Shown here piece by piece: positions 14,640 to 28,900 of a stretch of DNA of 64,000 nt; the stretch's first letter is position 1; the number at the start of each line of letters is the position of its first letter. A model generated the notes under the pieces. The model saw only the letters and a program-made list of their open reading frames with translations, was not told the origin of the DNA and did no database searches. The translations under genes were made by a program, and so were the position numbers. This stretch comes from Octopus sinensis (Eukaryota). The stretch lies in assembly GCF_006345805.1 (NCBI RefSeq), contig NW_021832432.1, forward strand, positions 248,001 to 312,000. The letters are read 5' to 3'.

Positions 14640-14640
<1 letters not shown>
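14304..14640 (+). mobile_element. Two tandem 5'-truncated RTE-type tails, each ending (GAT)n-(TA)n
   Basis: ACTGGGCCTGGTGCAGCCTTCTGGCTTCCCAGACCCCAGTTGAAC...GCGGACGCTAAA occurs twice. Confidence 0.8.
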
Positions 14641-14674
<34 letters not shown>

Positions 14675-16394
14675 GGAGAAAGAGTTCTCTGAAAGTTGTA
14701 GAAGAAGGAGAATGTTTCCTTACAGGTAACTTGAATTTACAGCTGCCCTAAGGTTGCATGACATCATTGACAGTGGAAGCAAATAGATTTATCTGGATTG
14801 ATCTCTTGTCTCATCTTAGATGGTGGTGAATCTGACAGGTTGAACTTCATAAATTCTAAGTGCAAATTCCAAGAACAATGGAAACTGACATGGAGATCGA
14901 TTCTTGGTTATGAGAATCTAGTGTGTATCTCTAACACAAATATGCAGCCTCATTCCTTTTAGAGGAGAGAGAGGGGGAGTGGGGGGGCATTCTTTTTTTG
15001 GCCTGTAGAGGTAACAGCATCTTCTGCTCTGTGTGTACTCTAGTTCAGAGATGGAATGTAGCTTTCTGAAAAAAGTACAGCATTTGAAATTTAAATCGTT
15101 ATATTGGAATATGTTTGTGTTGATTTTAAGTTGTTTAAAGCCTACGTTTTCAGATACTTGTGAATTTTTTTGGAAACATCTATTTAGATTTCTTTATCTA
15201 TATTTATAATTACTTCTTTGCAATAATTACAACTGTGTTGAAAGCAGAAATCTGTAAAAAAAAATTTCCAAAAAATAAGACAAAACAAAAACTTACTATT
15301 TTTAAACTTAGGAGTGCTTATTCCAAAACTCTAACATTTTAATATTTCGTTAAAGTTTTTATGAACAAGTGCATTTTATAAAGTAATAGCTTTCCATTAT
15401 TAACATTTTTTTCTGAAATGCATTTTTGTCAGATGGCAGCTGTTTCCCCACCCTCATTCCAGCTACTCTATTTTCACTATAACCACCACAAGCATTAAGT
15501 ATTATTGTGAAATCCAAGTTAGCACTGCGTGTTGAGATATATTATCAATGGTGATCATCTCATCTTTAATTTTTTTCCTTTTTTGACTTAGAGTACCTTG
15601 GACTACATTGTCCAATTTATTGTGTGTTTTTTTTTTTGTTTTTTAAGATATTAAGGTGTAGTTTGAGGGAGATTTGGCTGCTATTTCTTCTACAGCAAAA
15701 CTCCTTCATTGGCAAGAGTAATCCTCCCATCTCTGTCTCTTCCTGCTTGTCTCTCTTTCTATCTATCTATTTATCTATCTATCTATGTATGTGTGTATGT
15801 GTGTGTGTGTGTGCACATGTATATATATATATATATACACATATATATTTACTCATTCATTCATTCATTCATTGGTGATAAATATATGAGGATATACATA
15901 ATATATGCATGATATTGTACAACTAATTCTAAAACTTAACATTCCAGAAGGCAATATTTGCCATAGTTTGGGTGGTAAAAATCATTGAAAGTTTATTTGA
16001 AGATTAAGAGCTAGCAGTGTGTGCATGTGTGTGTGTGTGTGTGAGTGCGTGTGTAAAATGAATAAATTAAATAACATTTTGATTGCATTTGGAAGATAAA
16101 CCACTTTAAAAATATAATGGCCAATAGCAACACTGGAGTGCTACAGTAACCTGATACCATTTAGTTATTTGCCAAATATCAGAAAAAGAATTTTTATGCT
16201 GAAGAGGGTGTTATTTATTTTTTTTTTACTATTTTTGTTTCTCATGTGATTCTACGCTTTGGGCAAATAGTTCCCTAACAGACGTGAAGGTGTGAGTTCA
16301 ATCCTATTTTTAGCTATTGTGGGTTCACCGTAGATGAATGATACAAACATGACAAATGTTGTTAAGCTATAGCTAACCTACAGCATCACACATA

Positions 16395-16782
16395 TCTTTA
16401 TATATAAAAGAGAAGTTGTGTGTCTGTCTCCTACGATTTAGATTCCTAACTACTCCCACATTTTGCGGTGCAGTTTAACCAAAACCGGGTATCTTATAGT
16501 CATGATTCATATCGAGCCCTTCTGGGTATTAGCGCACGTTACAATGATTCTACGATTTAAAAAAAAAATTACCATAATTTTTTTCCATTTTAATGCATTT
16601 TTTTCGCTATTATATAAGGGAATTAACTCTCTAAAAATGTCTACAATGAGTCAACAATTAAAAAAAAAATTTACCATCATTTTTTTCCCATTTTTAATGC
16701 ATTTTTTTGGCTATAACTCTCTAAAAATGCTTATATAGTTATTTCCCTTACAAACCCGAGCAACACCGGGCGATACTGCTAG
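16395..16782 (+). mobile_element. Non-autonomous Helitron
   Basis: 5' A|TC (TCTTTATATATAAAAG). 3' hairpin CCCG-AGCAACAC-CGGG (16755-70), then CTAG|T (16779-83). No TSD; internal ~90-bp duplication. Confidence 0.85.
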
Positions 16783-16855
16783 TGGTTTATAAGCAGTGCT
16801 AGATGTACTCAAAGTATGTAACTGAAATGACATAAGTGAAATTCGAAGTTTGAAA

Positions 16856-17516
16856 CCCTTTAACATTCAAATTATTCTGTCAGAAGTAATGCTTATTTAT
16901 TCTTATTGTTTTGAAATTAATCATGCATTAACTTGTAGCCTTGAGATTTTGATGAGGTAACTGTTAATCTATTATATAAAATCCATGTGCAAGTACATCA
17001 GCTGTTGTGATCGATACTACGCGTACACGAGAAAAATGGATGTGCAGTTTGCGCAAAAAAAGACGGCTTCCATTTTTTGTTGTTTTTGTACTGCTTAAAG
17101 GCACGTTTCTTTCCTGCCAAGCTTACTGTTTAAACCATGTTTGTGTTCTCCCAGTCAACAGCCTTATCATTACTGGTACTTTAAACTCTTCAGTTGCATA
17201 TTTGTGTGAATAAAATCGTTTTTCTTTGGAATAGAAAAAAAGTGTATCTTTATTTCTTCTTTTGTTGGTGTCTCAAATTTAGGGTATATCAGTGTTTCTC
17301 AAAGGGGAGGCCTATGGGACGGTCGGACAAGTTGTTTTGAGAAAATTTGGTTTAAATGCCTGACAACTCAGCACCGTCCATTCGACGGGTGGGGGGCGTT
17401 TTTCACGATTTTATTAATATTGTAGGGTTGGCGTGAAGAGCCAGACACAGCCAGTTTGAACATAAGAAACAGGTAGAAAATTTTGGCTGGATATGGCTGG
17501 TTTAAATGCTAACAGG
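16856..17516 (-). mobile_element. piggyBac-like MITE split by a ~450-bp inserted sequence
   Basis: 16856-16967 and ~17418-17516 are the two halves of the element seen intact at 32457-32675 and 42986-43205. Confidence 0.7.
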
Positions 17517-19160
17517 TTGAAGGTTTATGCATTTATTGATCTGTTTTCAGTTTATTTGGGACATTTTGCTAGTTTTATTATCAAGTATATTATCATTAAA
17601 TAGATTTTTTTTTCTTTTGAAAATGCTTTCTAAATTGATTAGAAAATTTTATTGTCTCACTGATAGAATTAGCAATCTAGCAGTTTAAATTATCTACTTA
17701 CAATTGCTAGTTTCTATTTTCTAAATGACACATGCAAATGTTACAAAGCATGTTACTGCGGGCCCTACTTAGAGAATTATCAGTGGGGCCCACCACTCTA
17801 CAAAAGCTGAAGATTGATGTTTTATGCTTTGTGTAGTATGCCAGTTCCAGCCAAAAAGTATTGAGGGTTTGAGGCTACACCATTGGGCAAAAAGATATAC
17901 TGAAAATTCTTCATAACATCCTTTCCTTGAATGTGTGCACAGAGTCTTCTCTTGGCATGAGACCCACTCTTGGTGCAGGACCCAATTTGAACAAATCTGT
18001 CTGATTGGCTTACAACCAGCCCTGTGTATGTGTGTGTACATCTTTTATGTCTTAACTTTTACTTGTTTCAATCATTGGACTGTGGCTGTACTGGGGTGCC
18101 ACCTTGAATGGGTTTAGTCAAACAAATTGATTCCAGTACCTTTTTTTTTTTTAGTATTTATTCTATTGGTCTCTTTCCACAAACCCCTATATCACAAGGA
18201 CATAAAGAAACCAACACTGGTTGTGAAGCAGTTGTGCTCTGACAAACACACACAGGTATATGGTGTGCTTCCACACAGTTTCCATCACATGGATTCACTC
18301 ACAAGGGATAGTTGACTCAAGGCTATATATAACTTCTACCTTTTATGCGTTTCATTCATTAGACTGTGACCATGCTAGAGCACTACTTTGAATTTTAGTT
18401 GTATGAATTTACCCTACTACTTATTTCGAACCACATGTTTTGAGGTTCAGTCCTACTGTGTGGCACCTTGTTATTGGATTTAAAAGACAGAAATTGTACC
18501 AAAACAGGCAAAATGGAACCTGGGCAGCTCCTGTCAAACTGTCCAACCCATGGAGAAGGGACATTAAATGATGATGATGATGATGATGATGATGAGATAT
18601 TTGTATGTGTGTGTGAGTTTCTGTATGTTTGTGTCTCCTTGATTTCACATCATGTGATTGTTGTAAATGAATGTCATTCATTCCCAAAAATCTGCAAAAT
18701 CATGTCTGGCCATGGGAAAATATTACATTGCTTTGAAACAGGTCAGGATTAGTAATGGGAAGCGCATTCATTTGTAGAACATTTGCCTCAATAAACTCTG
18801 TCTGACCCATGCAATATGGGAAAATGGACTTAAAGACAATTATAATCACAGTGATATATGTCTGTCTGTCTGTAGGTAGGCAGGCAGGCTCATACATAAT
18901 TCTTTGGTTAAAAACTTTACTTCACAAACATGTGGTTTTGGGTTCAGTGCCACCATGTGACACTGGGCCAACTGATGTCAAATACAATAAGTTCATTGTT
19001 ATTATCATAAAGAAGTCACTAGCCCAGGTGCCATGCAGTGGTTATTTGAACTCCAAATCACATGTTGCAAATTGAACTTCTAACCTCACAGCCATATCAG
19101 GACCTCTCTCTCTCTCTCTCCTCTCTCTCTCTTCTCTCTCCTCTCTCTATCTCTCTCTCT

Positions 19161-19196
<36 letters not shown>

Positions 19197-22100
19197 ATCT
19201 CTCCTCTCTCTCTCTTCTCTCTCTTCTCTCTCTTCTCCTCTCTCTCTCTCTCTCTCTCCATATATATTATACATGTATGTGTGTGCTTGAGTAGCTAAAG
19301 CTATAATGTAAAAGTATGAGAAATCATGGTGAGTTAGTTAAAGGCTAATTTAATTAAGGTAGTTAAACTGTGAGATAAAATAGATACAGGTGTGGAAAGA
19401 TTCTAAATTAGGGTGCAGCTGAAAGATGTAATTAAAGGAGAAAAAAACATTCATTTAAGAAAAACATTCTTTTTTTAGTATTTCAATATTGCACTACAAT
19501 TGTGGAAACATGCTGTTTTATGAGTTATTGAATTTTAGATAAAAATGTGTTATCCTTATTGATTATTATTCATTAATAAATTTATTTATATATATTTTTT
19601 GCAAAAATTATCTGCTTGATCATTTCTAGATTTTAAACCCCCATAGGGGTTTGAAAATCTTGATACAGCACTTAAATTGTTATGTGCCCCCCCCCCCTCA
19701 CAGCAACCCAAAGATATTCCAGATGTGATTCATCACCACCACTCCAGAAGTGTATTTAGTACATTAGGGAATATATTAATTATTTTTCTTAGATGCTAAC
19801 ATGTAATTTGAGGGAGATTTGGCTGCTATTTCTAGTAAGTCTAATGACCATGTAGAGTCTTCTGGCTTGACTGCACCTGCATAAATAAGAGAGGATTTTA
19901 TTCAGTCTGCTGCTTATACAGTGCTTTACTATTATATCTGTTTCACATCTCCCACATTATTTATAAACCTAGGATACTGTCATTTAAACAAGTCATGTAT
20001 TGTATAAAGCTGTATACAAGAATCCTATTAAGACGTTCTGTATTATTTTAGTACTTGGATTCTGGTTCCTTATGTTCTGAATTCCAGTTCTTCTTTGATC
20101 AATCTTTTCTTTCATCTTTCTGAAGTTGATAAAAGTAAAGTTCCATTTAAATGTTGGAGTCAGTCGTATCGACTACCCACTTCCCCTCAAAATCATTGGC
20201 CTTGTGCCTAAATCAGAAACCATTATTTTAGTATTTAGTGGTCATATTTATCCAGCCATCAATCCATCCATCCATACATTGGGTCATCCAACTAACCAAA
20301 CATCCAGCCCTCCCCCTACACTTCACTTATCTATCTATCAGGTTAATCAGCCAGGTATATGCTTAAGATTAATACACAGTCATGTGGTTCCAGCTTTGGT
20401 CCATGGCTCCACACCATAAGCAAGTACCCTCTATGATGGCCTCTGGCTGACAAATGCCTTTATACATAAAATTTGGTTGAGAGAAATTATACAAGGGCCC
20501 ATTGTATGTATGTATGTGTCTATTTATATATGTGTATATCAATTTGGTATAGACAAAACTGGTATGTCACACAAGAAATACTTTGTAGTATTCATGTCCA
20601 ACTAAAAACTTGAAACAATGTCTTACTTTCATTTCTTACGGAAGAAAAGATAAAATAATATCAGAGTACTGAAGTCAATATAAATGACTTAGAAAGATTT
20701 TTTAGATATCATTCATGGCAGTACCCCTGCATGGCAGCTATCCAATGACTGAAACCAATGAAAAAATTGTAGAAAACCATAATTTAAAAGTGTAATTGCA
20801 CATTTTGAATTCTGAATTGTGTAATCAAGAAAATAAAGATGTAGAGATAAAGAGCAAAAATGAAAAATAAAAGGCTAATGTATTTCAGACAGAATAATAT
20901 TACAAAGAGAGTATTCTACCATTCCTTATTCGAATTTGCAAATTATATCAAGGGATTAAGATTTTATCCAGTGTTGCATTATTAGGTAATGATTTGCTTG
21001 AGAAATTTGAAATGTGTGTTATGTTTAAAAATTTGAAGTCCAATGGGAATCCAATAGAATGTTGCTAATTACGTTGTTACATCTATTTTTTAAAAAATTA
21101 ATTTTATATCAAATCAGTGAACAATAACATCCTTAGCTGATGGTTTCCAGATAGCCCCTCCCGACTGTGAGAGTGGCAAGGAGTGATTAGTAACTTGGAC
21201 AAAGTAAATACCACAAGAGCTATTTTTGTTCAGATGCCTCAGGTATGGCTGTCAGTTTAAGAAGTTGACTCCCAAGCCAAATGGGTTTAGAGTCAGTCCC
21301 ACTGCACAGCACCTTGAGCAAGTGCCACACAATATTTTAATCAAGCATTACCATCGAACAAGCAGTGCTGCTAATTTCCAATCTCCACGAAAGCATATCT
21401 AATTATGGGTAAAGTACTATTTGGAAACAGGTGAGAGTTGGTCACAAGAAGGGCATCTGCCCATAGAAATTTACTTCAGCCATTTCCATTTGATACATGC
21501 AAGCACAAATGATGGTGATTGATGATGGATGGCTTGTGTTTCTGGTTAAACAAAAACTGATGGAATACAGTCTGCCTAAAGTTTATTTTCTGAGTTCAAA
21601 GTCTTATTTGGATTAACCTCACATTTACCACTCTGACAACATAAATAGCAGTAATATACTGAGGTACATTCAACCGGCTATACCTATCTGCTATAAATTT
21701 CTGGCTTGTGACAAGTGTTGAGAAATCAATATTCTGCAAGTAATGCAGTCAGCATGTGAACAAAGAGATATAGTGGAATTCCAGCTATGTGCACAAATAA
21801 TCAATATTGCGAGTGCATGAAATGCTTCGGTGAAACTGGATGTAAACAGCAAGAAGGTTATTAAATGTTGCAATGGGTCAGTGGAGCTAATAAATAAGTT
21901 CCTTTTCCCTAAGTAACTAGAGCTTAGAAGTGTAGGTAAAGTATTAGCTGTGGTGGCTGAAAAAAAAGATGTAGGAGCTTTCCGTCTCTATTGATCTAGG
22001 GCGAAAGTGAAGGAGAAGGAAAAAAAGAGAGACAGAAAGAGTGTGTATGTGAGTGTGTGTGTTTATGTATAAAGTTAGATTATATGATCCATCAGTCTGA

Positions 22101-22771
22101 ACTTTAATATTACATAACAATGAGCCTTGGACAATGAAAGCCAAGCATTCCATGTAACGGGAGAATATGATCTATTGAATGTGTAATAAGCTTAGGAGAG
22201 GAAAGGGGATGGTTTGGATATTTAAATATTTTTTCTCTCTTTTTTTTTTTAATCACATTCATGAACAATAGCATTGTTAGTTATAGGTTCCAACAGGCCA
22301 ATCACTGGTTCACTGCAGTTTTTGATGGCAAAAGTGACAAGGCAGCATCATCTGTTTCAACTTCAAGCAGAACAAATACCTCTAGGTATTTTTGTTCAAA
22401 AGCACTTGTTTATGGTTTCTTGCCAATATATATAATAATAATAATAATAAACATTGTGTACAGTGCTCAGGTGCACTACCAACTAATCTAAAGTGCATAT
22501 ATAATCAGTTGTAGTTTCGACGGATTTCGGAAAGCGAGGGCCTTAACACTATGTATACCAATTCTTTCTTGACCACACAGCCCCAATTTTTTCAATCTCC
22601 TTTTGGAGAGGTTAACAGAGGTATGTGAAGGCACATGACTCACTGATTACAGCATCGGGCTCACAATCATGAGGTAATGAGTTTGATTCCTGGACTATGT
22701 ATATATCTTATATATTAGACATTTATGGATTTATATATAATATATGTGTGTGTGTGATTTTACCATTAAAT

Positions 22772-23185
22772 AGATGCAGGAGTGGCTGTGTGGTAAGTAG
22801 CTTGCTTCCCAACCACATGGTTCCAGGTTCATTCCTACTGTGTGGCACCTTGTGAGTGGATTTGGTAGACGGAAACTGAAAGAAGCCCGTCGTATATATG
22901 TATATTATATGTACATAGATGTGCAAACACATAAACAGACTGATGCTGGTTGTCAATTGGTGGTGGTGGCAGACAAAACACAGACACAAAAACACACTAC
23001 ATGTATGTATCTATACTCACACACACACTCACATGATGGATTTTCACATAGTTTCCATTTACTATTCACTCAAAAAGTTTTGATTGACATGGGACTATAG
23101 TAGAAACACTTACCCATGGTGCTGCAAAGTGGGACTGAACCCATAATCACGTGATCGCAAAGCAAATCTTAACTACACAACCATG
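22772..23185. mobile_element. Two inverted partial SINE-A copies (+ then -)
   Basis: Head on + at 22772; degenerate minus-strand copy at ~22940-23185. Confidence 0.7.
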
Positions 23186-23714
23186 CTTTATAAAATATGA
23201 AAGAAAAAAAAAAAGTTCCTAAGCTGGTGATTGAGAGTCATATAATCAAAGATGTAGAAAGCAGCTAGACTCAGAACTTATATTTGAGATTAATAAGCTT
23301 CAAACACAACACAGCTTAGAAGCTACTGCATAGATCTAATATGCTAATGCAAGCAAGCTTCATTTAAACTTATGGTGGCTGTTGTTTGTTGTTTCTATGT
23401 ATGTTTGTATGTACGTATAAACTTACTTGGAAATGGATGTGTGGCATTCAATTAAATAATCTAAATAATATATATATATTTATATATATATATACATATC
23501 CATATACACACACACACACATATATATATATGCATATATGGGTGTGTGTGTGTGTGTGTGTGGTGTGTATATATTTTTATATATATATATACATTTTTGG
23601 CCTGCTCGCTTAGCCAGCGGGGTGGCGTCATTCGAAGGCTAAAACAATGCTAACGCATTGTGACCAGCGATGTGTAACAACATCTGATGGTCTAGTCGGT
23701 CATGTGATCACGTG

Positions 23715-23905
23715 ATATATATATATTTTAGCTCCTACACGCATTTTTTTCTCTCCTTGTTTCTTTTCTGTGTATCTTTCTGTCGAAGAGCATACGCTCG
23801 AAACGTAAAGACTTGTTTTATTTCTATTCCTGAGCGCCATACTAATACAATTGTTTGTTTGTACTCCACCTGCCTTCGTGTTTTGTTTATTTTCGTAACC
23901 TTCCC
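23715..23905 (+). mobile_element. Penelope-like element terminal remnant
   Basis: CTGTCGAAGAGC.TA.GCTCGAAACGT motif, typical of PLE terminal repeats; inverted second copy at ~28925-29095. Confidence 0.55.
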
Positions 23906-24275
23906 GTTATATATAGGTGTATATGTATATGTGTGTGTATGTATGTATATGTATGTAAATATATATGTATGTATGTGTATATATATTTATGTATGTGTAT
24001 ATGTATATATATATATATATATATGTATAATGTATGTATATATGTGTGTATATATTATGTAATATATATATATTATAGATATATATATATATAATATAGT
24101 GAGAGAGAGATACTTTGATGCACTATTATATAAGACAAATGGATTAAATGGATAGAATAAGTACTAGGCTTCCAAAGAATAAGTCCTGGAGTCGATTTGC
24201 TCGACTAAAGGTGGTGCTCCAGCGTGGACACAGTCAAATAACTGAAACAAGTAAAAGAGTAAAGAGTATATATTA

Positions 24276-24592
24276 CGGAGATGTACTTGCATGGCAAGTG
24301 ACCTGATCTGAGATCGTGTGTTGAAACAAAAACAGTTGCAGTGTGGAAGGTGTTTGTAAGCCATTTAAAAACACACAAAAACTGTTAGATTCACTTCAAC
24401 GTTTAAATATAATTTGTCAAAATATTTTTGTCATTTTAAGACTGCAACCTGATCACTGACAAAATTCCGTGCTACATTTTATCAGTGATCAGGTTGCGGT
24501 CTCAAAGCAACGAAAATATTTTGGCAAATTAAATTTAAATGTTGAAGTGCATCTAACGGTTTTTGTGTGTTTTTAAATGGCTTAGAAACACC
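24276..24592. mobile_element. Foldback MITE, right terminus lost
   Basis: Inverted arms of ~120 bp (24349-24465 and ~24476-24592); left end TA|CGGAGATGTAC. The complementary end (GTACATCTCCG|TA) of the same family is at 55720. Confidence 0.8.
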
Positions 24593-25345
24593 TATCACGC
24601 TTCCTTCATTTTTCCATCTACTAAATCACTCACAAAACCACGGTTGAGAAATAAGCTTCTCCACTGCACAAATACACTTTGTGCTTATCAATGACAACAA
24701 TATTTAATTTTTTATATTTCTGTTTTCTTCAAAGTGGAAAATATATTGGTGTGTGTTTTACCACTCTTCTGCCAAGTAACAGAGAGTGAGATTTATTTCT
24801 CATTCACCTAATGATTTTTAGAACAGAACTAAACTTCAGTTTTATGAACTTTTGCCAGTGGTGTATGAAAAGAAGATGAAAAAAAATAAATAAAAAGAGA
24901 GAGAGAGAGAAAGAAATTTCTTCCTTTTAACTTACAGAATAAATTTATCTTAATTTTAGTTTAAATGTGTTGAACATTTTAGACATAGTTAAAATGAAAT
25001 AAATCTTTAACTACCATCTTAAGATGGGTAGTTAAATGAGATTTACTGAAAAAAAAATTGTTACTGTAATTTTTATGATCTAGCCTTGGAATAATCTACT
25101 TTTACATTAGATATTCTGATAAGATTCTCAGAAACTCTGTGTTAATATGACATAAATTGCTTATGTAATATTTATGCTATGGCTTTTGGAACTTACCACT
25201 TTTACATTAGATATCTTTAAAAATTGTCAGAATCATCTGCATAAACATTACACACATGAAGAACTCTGGAATATATATATACATATATATATGGGTGTGT
25301 GTATGTATGTATGTATATATATATATATATAATATATATATATAT

Positions 25346-25605
25346 TCTTTTACTTTTATTCTTTTGTTTTGGTCATTTGACTGTGGCCATGCTGGAGCAC
25401 CACCTTAAAGTGTGTTAGTTGAAGAAATCAACCTCTGGACTTATTCTTTGTTAGCCTAGTACTTATTCTCTCATTCACTTTTGCCGAACCGCTAAGTTAC
25501 AGAGACATAAACACACCAGCATCGGTTGTCAAGCAATGGCAGGGGTCAAACACAGACACACACACACACCACACACACACACACAACACACACACACACA
25601 CACAC

Positions 25606-25648
<43 letters not shown>

Positions 25649-25836
25649 GCATGCACACACAGAAATATATGCACATATATATACAATGGGCTTCTTCTAG
25701 TTTCCATCTACAAATCCACTCACAAGGCATTGGTTGGCCCAAGGCTATAGTAGAAGATACTTGTCCAAGGTGCTATGCAGTGGGACTGAACCCGGAACCA
25801 TGTGGTTGGGAAGCAAGCTTCCTACCACACAACCAC
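25346..25836 (-). mobile_element. SINE family A
   Basis: Full-length with a long (CA)n centre. Confidence 0.88.
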
Positions 25837-26184
25837 AAATTATTTTGGTTGATTTAGTCTCTTGCAACTCTGAGTTTCGCCTTTGGTTACACAGAGTCTT
25901 CAGGCAAGTCATGACTGAAGAATTGATGGAATATATACATATATAGACTGATTCAATCAAAATAAAGATATTGATTTCAAATTTTAGCATAAGGCCAGAA
26001 ATGTTGGGGGAGGGGTTATCAATTACATTGACTCCAGTACTCAGCTGGTACTTATTGTATTACCTTGAAATACAATAAGCATGCTAATGAATCTACCCAC
26101 CCCCACTGTCCCCAAAATAAAAATATTGTTAATCTCTACTATAGTGTCAAGTATTCTTTCTTTTTACAGTCAACACTAAATGGA

Positions 26185-26219
<35 letters not shown>

Positions 26220-27888
26220 CATTGAAAAGACAGCTGTATTGAAAATGCATTCATGAAACGTCTGCTTTATATTCTAAATATATCGTTATCTCATTTCCCA
26301 ACACTAATACAATTTGTTACAATCAAACACCAATTAAGATGTTCTACAAGTGTCACACTTTAAGAGAAAAAAACCCATAAAAACATGCACTATACAAACA
26401 TTTGGGTTTGTTTTAAACAATAGATATTTGTCTAGAAATACAGTGTGTAAAGTTTCCAGTTTTAAAATTCACAATAGCACACTTTTTGAGCTTTCATTTT
26501 CTATTTAACTCAACAATCAAACCAAATAAATATATAACAACTGTATATATTAGAGGTGTCTCAATCTCATCTCTCTTTTTTATAAAATTAATGACATTAT
26601 ATAAAATATTAATTTCTTTATATTTCCTAACGGTCTTTTAGTTCTTGAAAGACTGGTAGAGATAGGGGTGGTTCAGTGAATAAATATTTGATTTCTTACA
26701 TTGGCACAAAACCTCATCCTTGGTGCAATTTTTATAGACAATGATATCAAACTCTTGTACATTATCTTACCAACCTCAGAAATATGGAAGTCTGTGTCAT
26801 GCTGTATCTTCCTGAAAACTGTGTTAAGTGTATGCATATCTGTGGAGTGAGGGGTCAGGCACTTGCATGTTAATTTCATGGGAGGAATGTTCTGTTGATC
26901 AGATCATCTGGAACCCACATTGTCGTAACTGACTGAGTACCAGCTTGTGAACATGACTGTGGTGAGTGCAGAATTTCACATGTGTGAGCACTCATATGTA
27001 TGATATATGGTTTGTATATTGTAAACGATTTGCTGATGTCCATAAGTGAATAATTTTTGACTTTGAAAAAAAGAACGGAATGTAACAATCATTATTTGTA
27101 TTAATGGGGGGTCTCAATGAGAGTTTGAATTATTTGGTATTATGGTAATGTTTATTTACTTTTATTTTTTATTTTCATTTTTTCCACATTTCTGTTTATA
27201 ATTACAGAAAAATATGTCGGCTCACTTGTTAATATTTCATGACCAGCATCAAATTAATAACTTTGTTTTTTTTTTTTTTTGCATATTTATTGTTTTTGTT
27301 TTTTAAAGGATGGTATATAGATAAGTAGCACGGGTTAGATAGCTGGGTTTGCTGATTTGTAATTGTTATTTTAATTTGCCCAGCACTTAAATAATGAGAA
27401 AAGCAGTGAGAAACAGACGTGTTAATAGTATGGCGATTTCATTTTTAAATGTAGAATTTTATCAGTGGAATGTGGAGAAACTATCAATTGAAAGGAGAAC
27501 TCAAGTGGAGAGAGTAACAATTGGCATTCTAAGCATTTGCTTGTGTTGTATCACTCCCTAGTTAAAACCAGTGCACAGCTCAAAAATATCATAGAGAATT
27601 AATTAACTGCTTTTGATTCCAACCTGCCAGACACTGGCTTTAGGTTTTGGATACAAAATTGTCTGTTTTAATATGTTCTTTTATCTTTTATTTTTTACTT
27701 GTTCTAGTCATTGGAATGCAGCCAAGCTGGGGCATTGCCTTGAAGGGTTTAGTCAACTAAATTGAGCAGTTAATTTTTTTAAGCTTGGTACTTATTTTGG
27801 TTTCTTCTTTCTGAACCACTAAATTATGGGGATGTAACAAACCAACATCGGTTATCAAGCAGTTGTAGGGGACAAACACAAGCACATG

Positions 27889-27925
<37 letters not shown>

Positions 27926-28029
27926 GTTTTTGTATGTGGAAGATACACAGGAGCCATAAAAGCTACAGACACCTGGGAAATTGATTTTCTCTAATGCTGT
28001 AGAGGCTCTTTAGAGGTAGTGGATAATTT

Positions 28030-28837
28030 CTGCTACCTAGGAGACCTAATTAGCTGTGTGGAAGTGTAATTGCTAGAATAAGAATAGGATAGAGAAAATT
28101 CAGAGAGCCTGTACTTCCTCTGTTGGCATCCAAAGATCTCTCTCTCTCTCTCTCTCTCTCCAAGTGAAAGGAAGATTGTATGATGCATGTGTACAAACAA
28201 CGATACTACATGGTAGTGAGACATGGGCCTTAAATGCAGAAGATATACAAAACTAAAGAGGAATGAAGCTAGTATATTCTGCTTCATGTGCAGTGTAAGT
28301 ATACATGTGCAACAGAGCACTAGTGTATTGAGAGAGAAGTAAAGCATAAGAGGAATTAGTTGCAGTGTGCAAGAGAGAAGACTGCACTGGTTAGATCATG
28401 TGACATGTATGAATATAGACAGTTGCATTATACAAGTGCCTATCACTTAAAGTGGATGGAACTTGTGGAAGAGGAAGACCCAGGAGGACATGGGACAAAG
28501 TATTGAAGGTCAATTTCAAGACATTGAGCCTTACGAAGGAGATGACAAAAGACTGAGTTATCTGGCACATTGCTGTACTCAAGAAGACCTGTCTACCACA
28601 GCAGAAGTGATACTGGTGCTGGAACCACATATAAAGCACTTGTGTTGGTGTCTTGTAAAAGGTACTGGTGCTGGTGCCACACACAAAAGCACCCAGTTCA
28701 TTCTATAAAGTGGTCAACGTTAGGAAGGATATCCAACTGCAGAAACCAAGCCAGAACTGACAATAGAGCATAGAGCATTTCCCAGCATTAGCAGCTCCCA
28801 TTGAACCATAGAAAACAGACATTAAATGATGATGATG
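28030..28837 (+). mobile_element. RTE-clade LINE 3' remnant (RT C-terminus plus 3' UTR)
   Basis: Reads VKGRLYDACVQTTILHGSETW...ERRLHWLDHV...VDGTCGRGRPRRTWDKVLK with stops and frameshifts; ends in (GAT)n. Confidence 0.85.
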
Positions 28838-28845
28838 GCGATATA

Positions 28846-28900
<55 letters not shown>

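Noticed and set aside
14711-14730. TTTCCTTACAG|GTAAC as a recursive splice site
   Set aside because: A single motif expected by chance in 64 kb, and it is unknown whether this region is intronic.
16980-17220. CpG-rich stretch as the FER promoter
   Set aside because: It lies inside a sequence that interrupts a MITE, so it is more simply a younger insertion.
19808-19826. TGAGGGAGATTTGGCTGC resembles the 5' region of vertebrate 7SK (TGAGGGCGATCTGGCTGC)
   Set aside because: Short match only. The paired GAUC motifs and 3' stem of 7SK are absent, and the tail polarity points to the opposite strand. Still worth an Infernal check as an alternative to the ribozyme idea.
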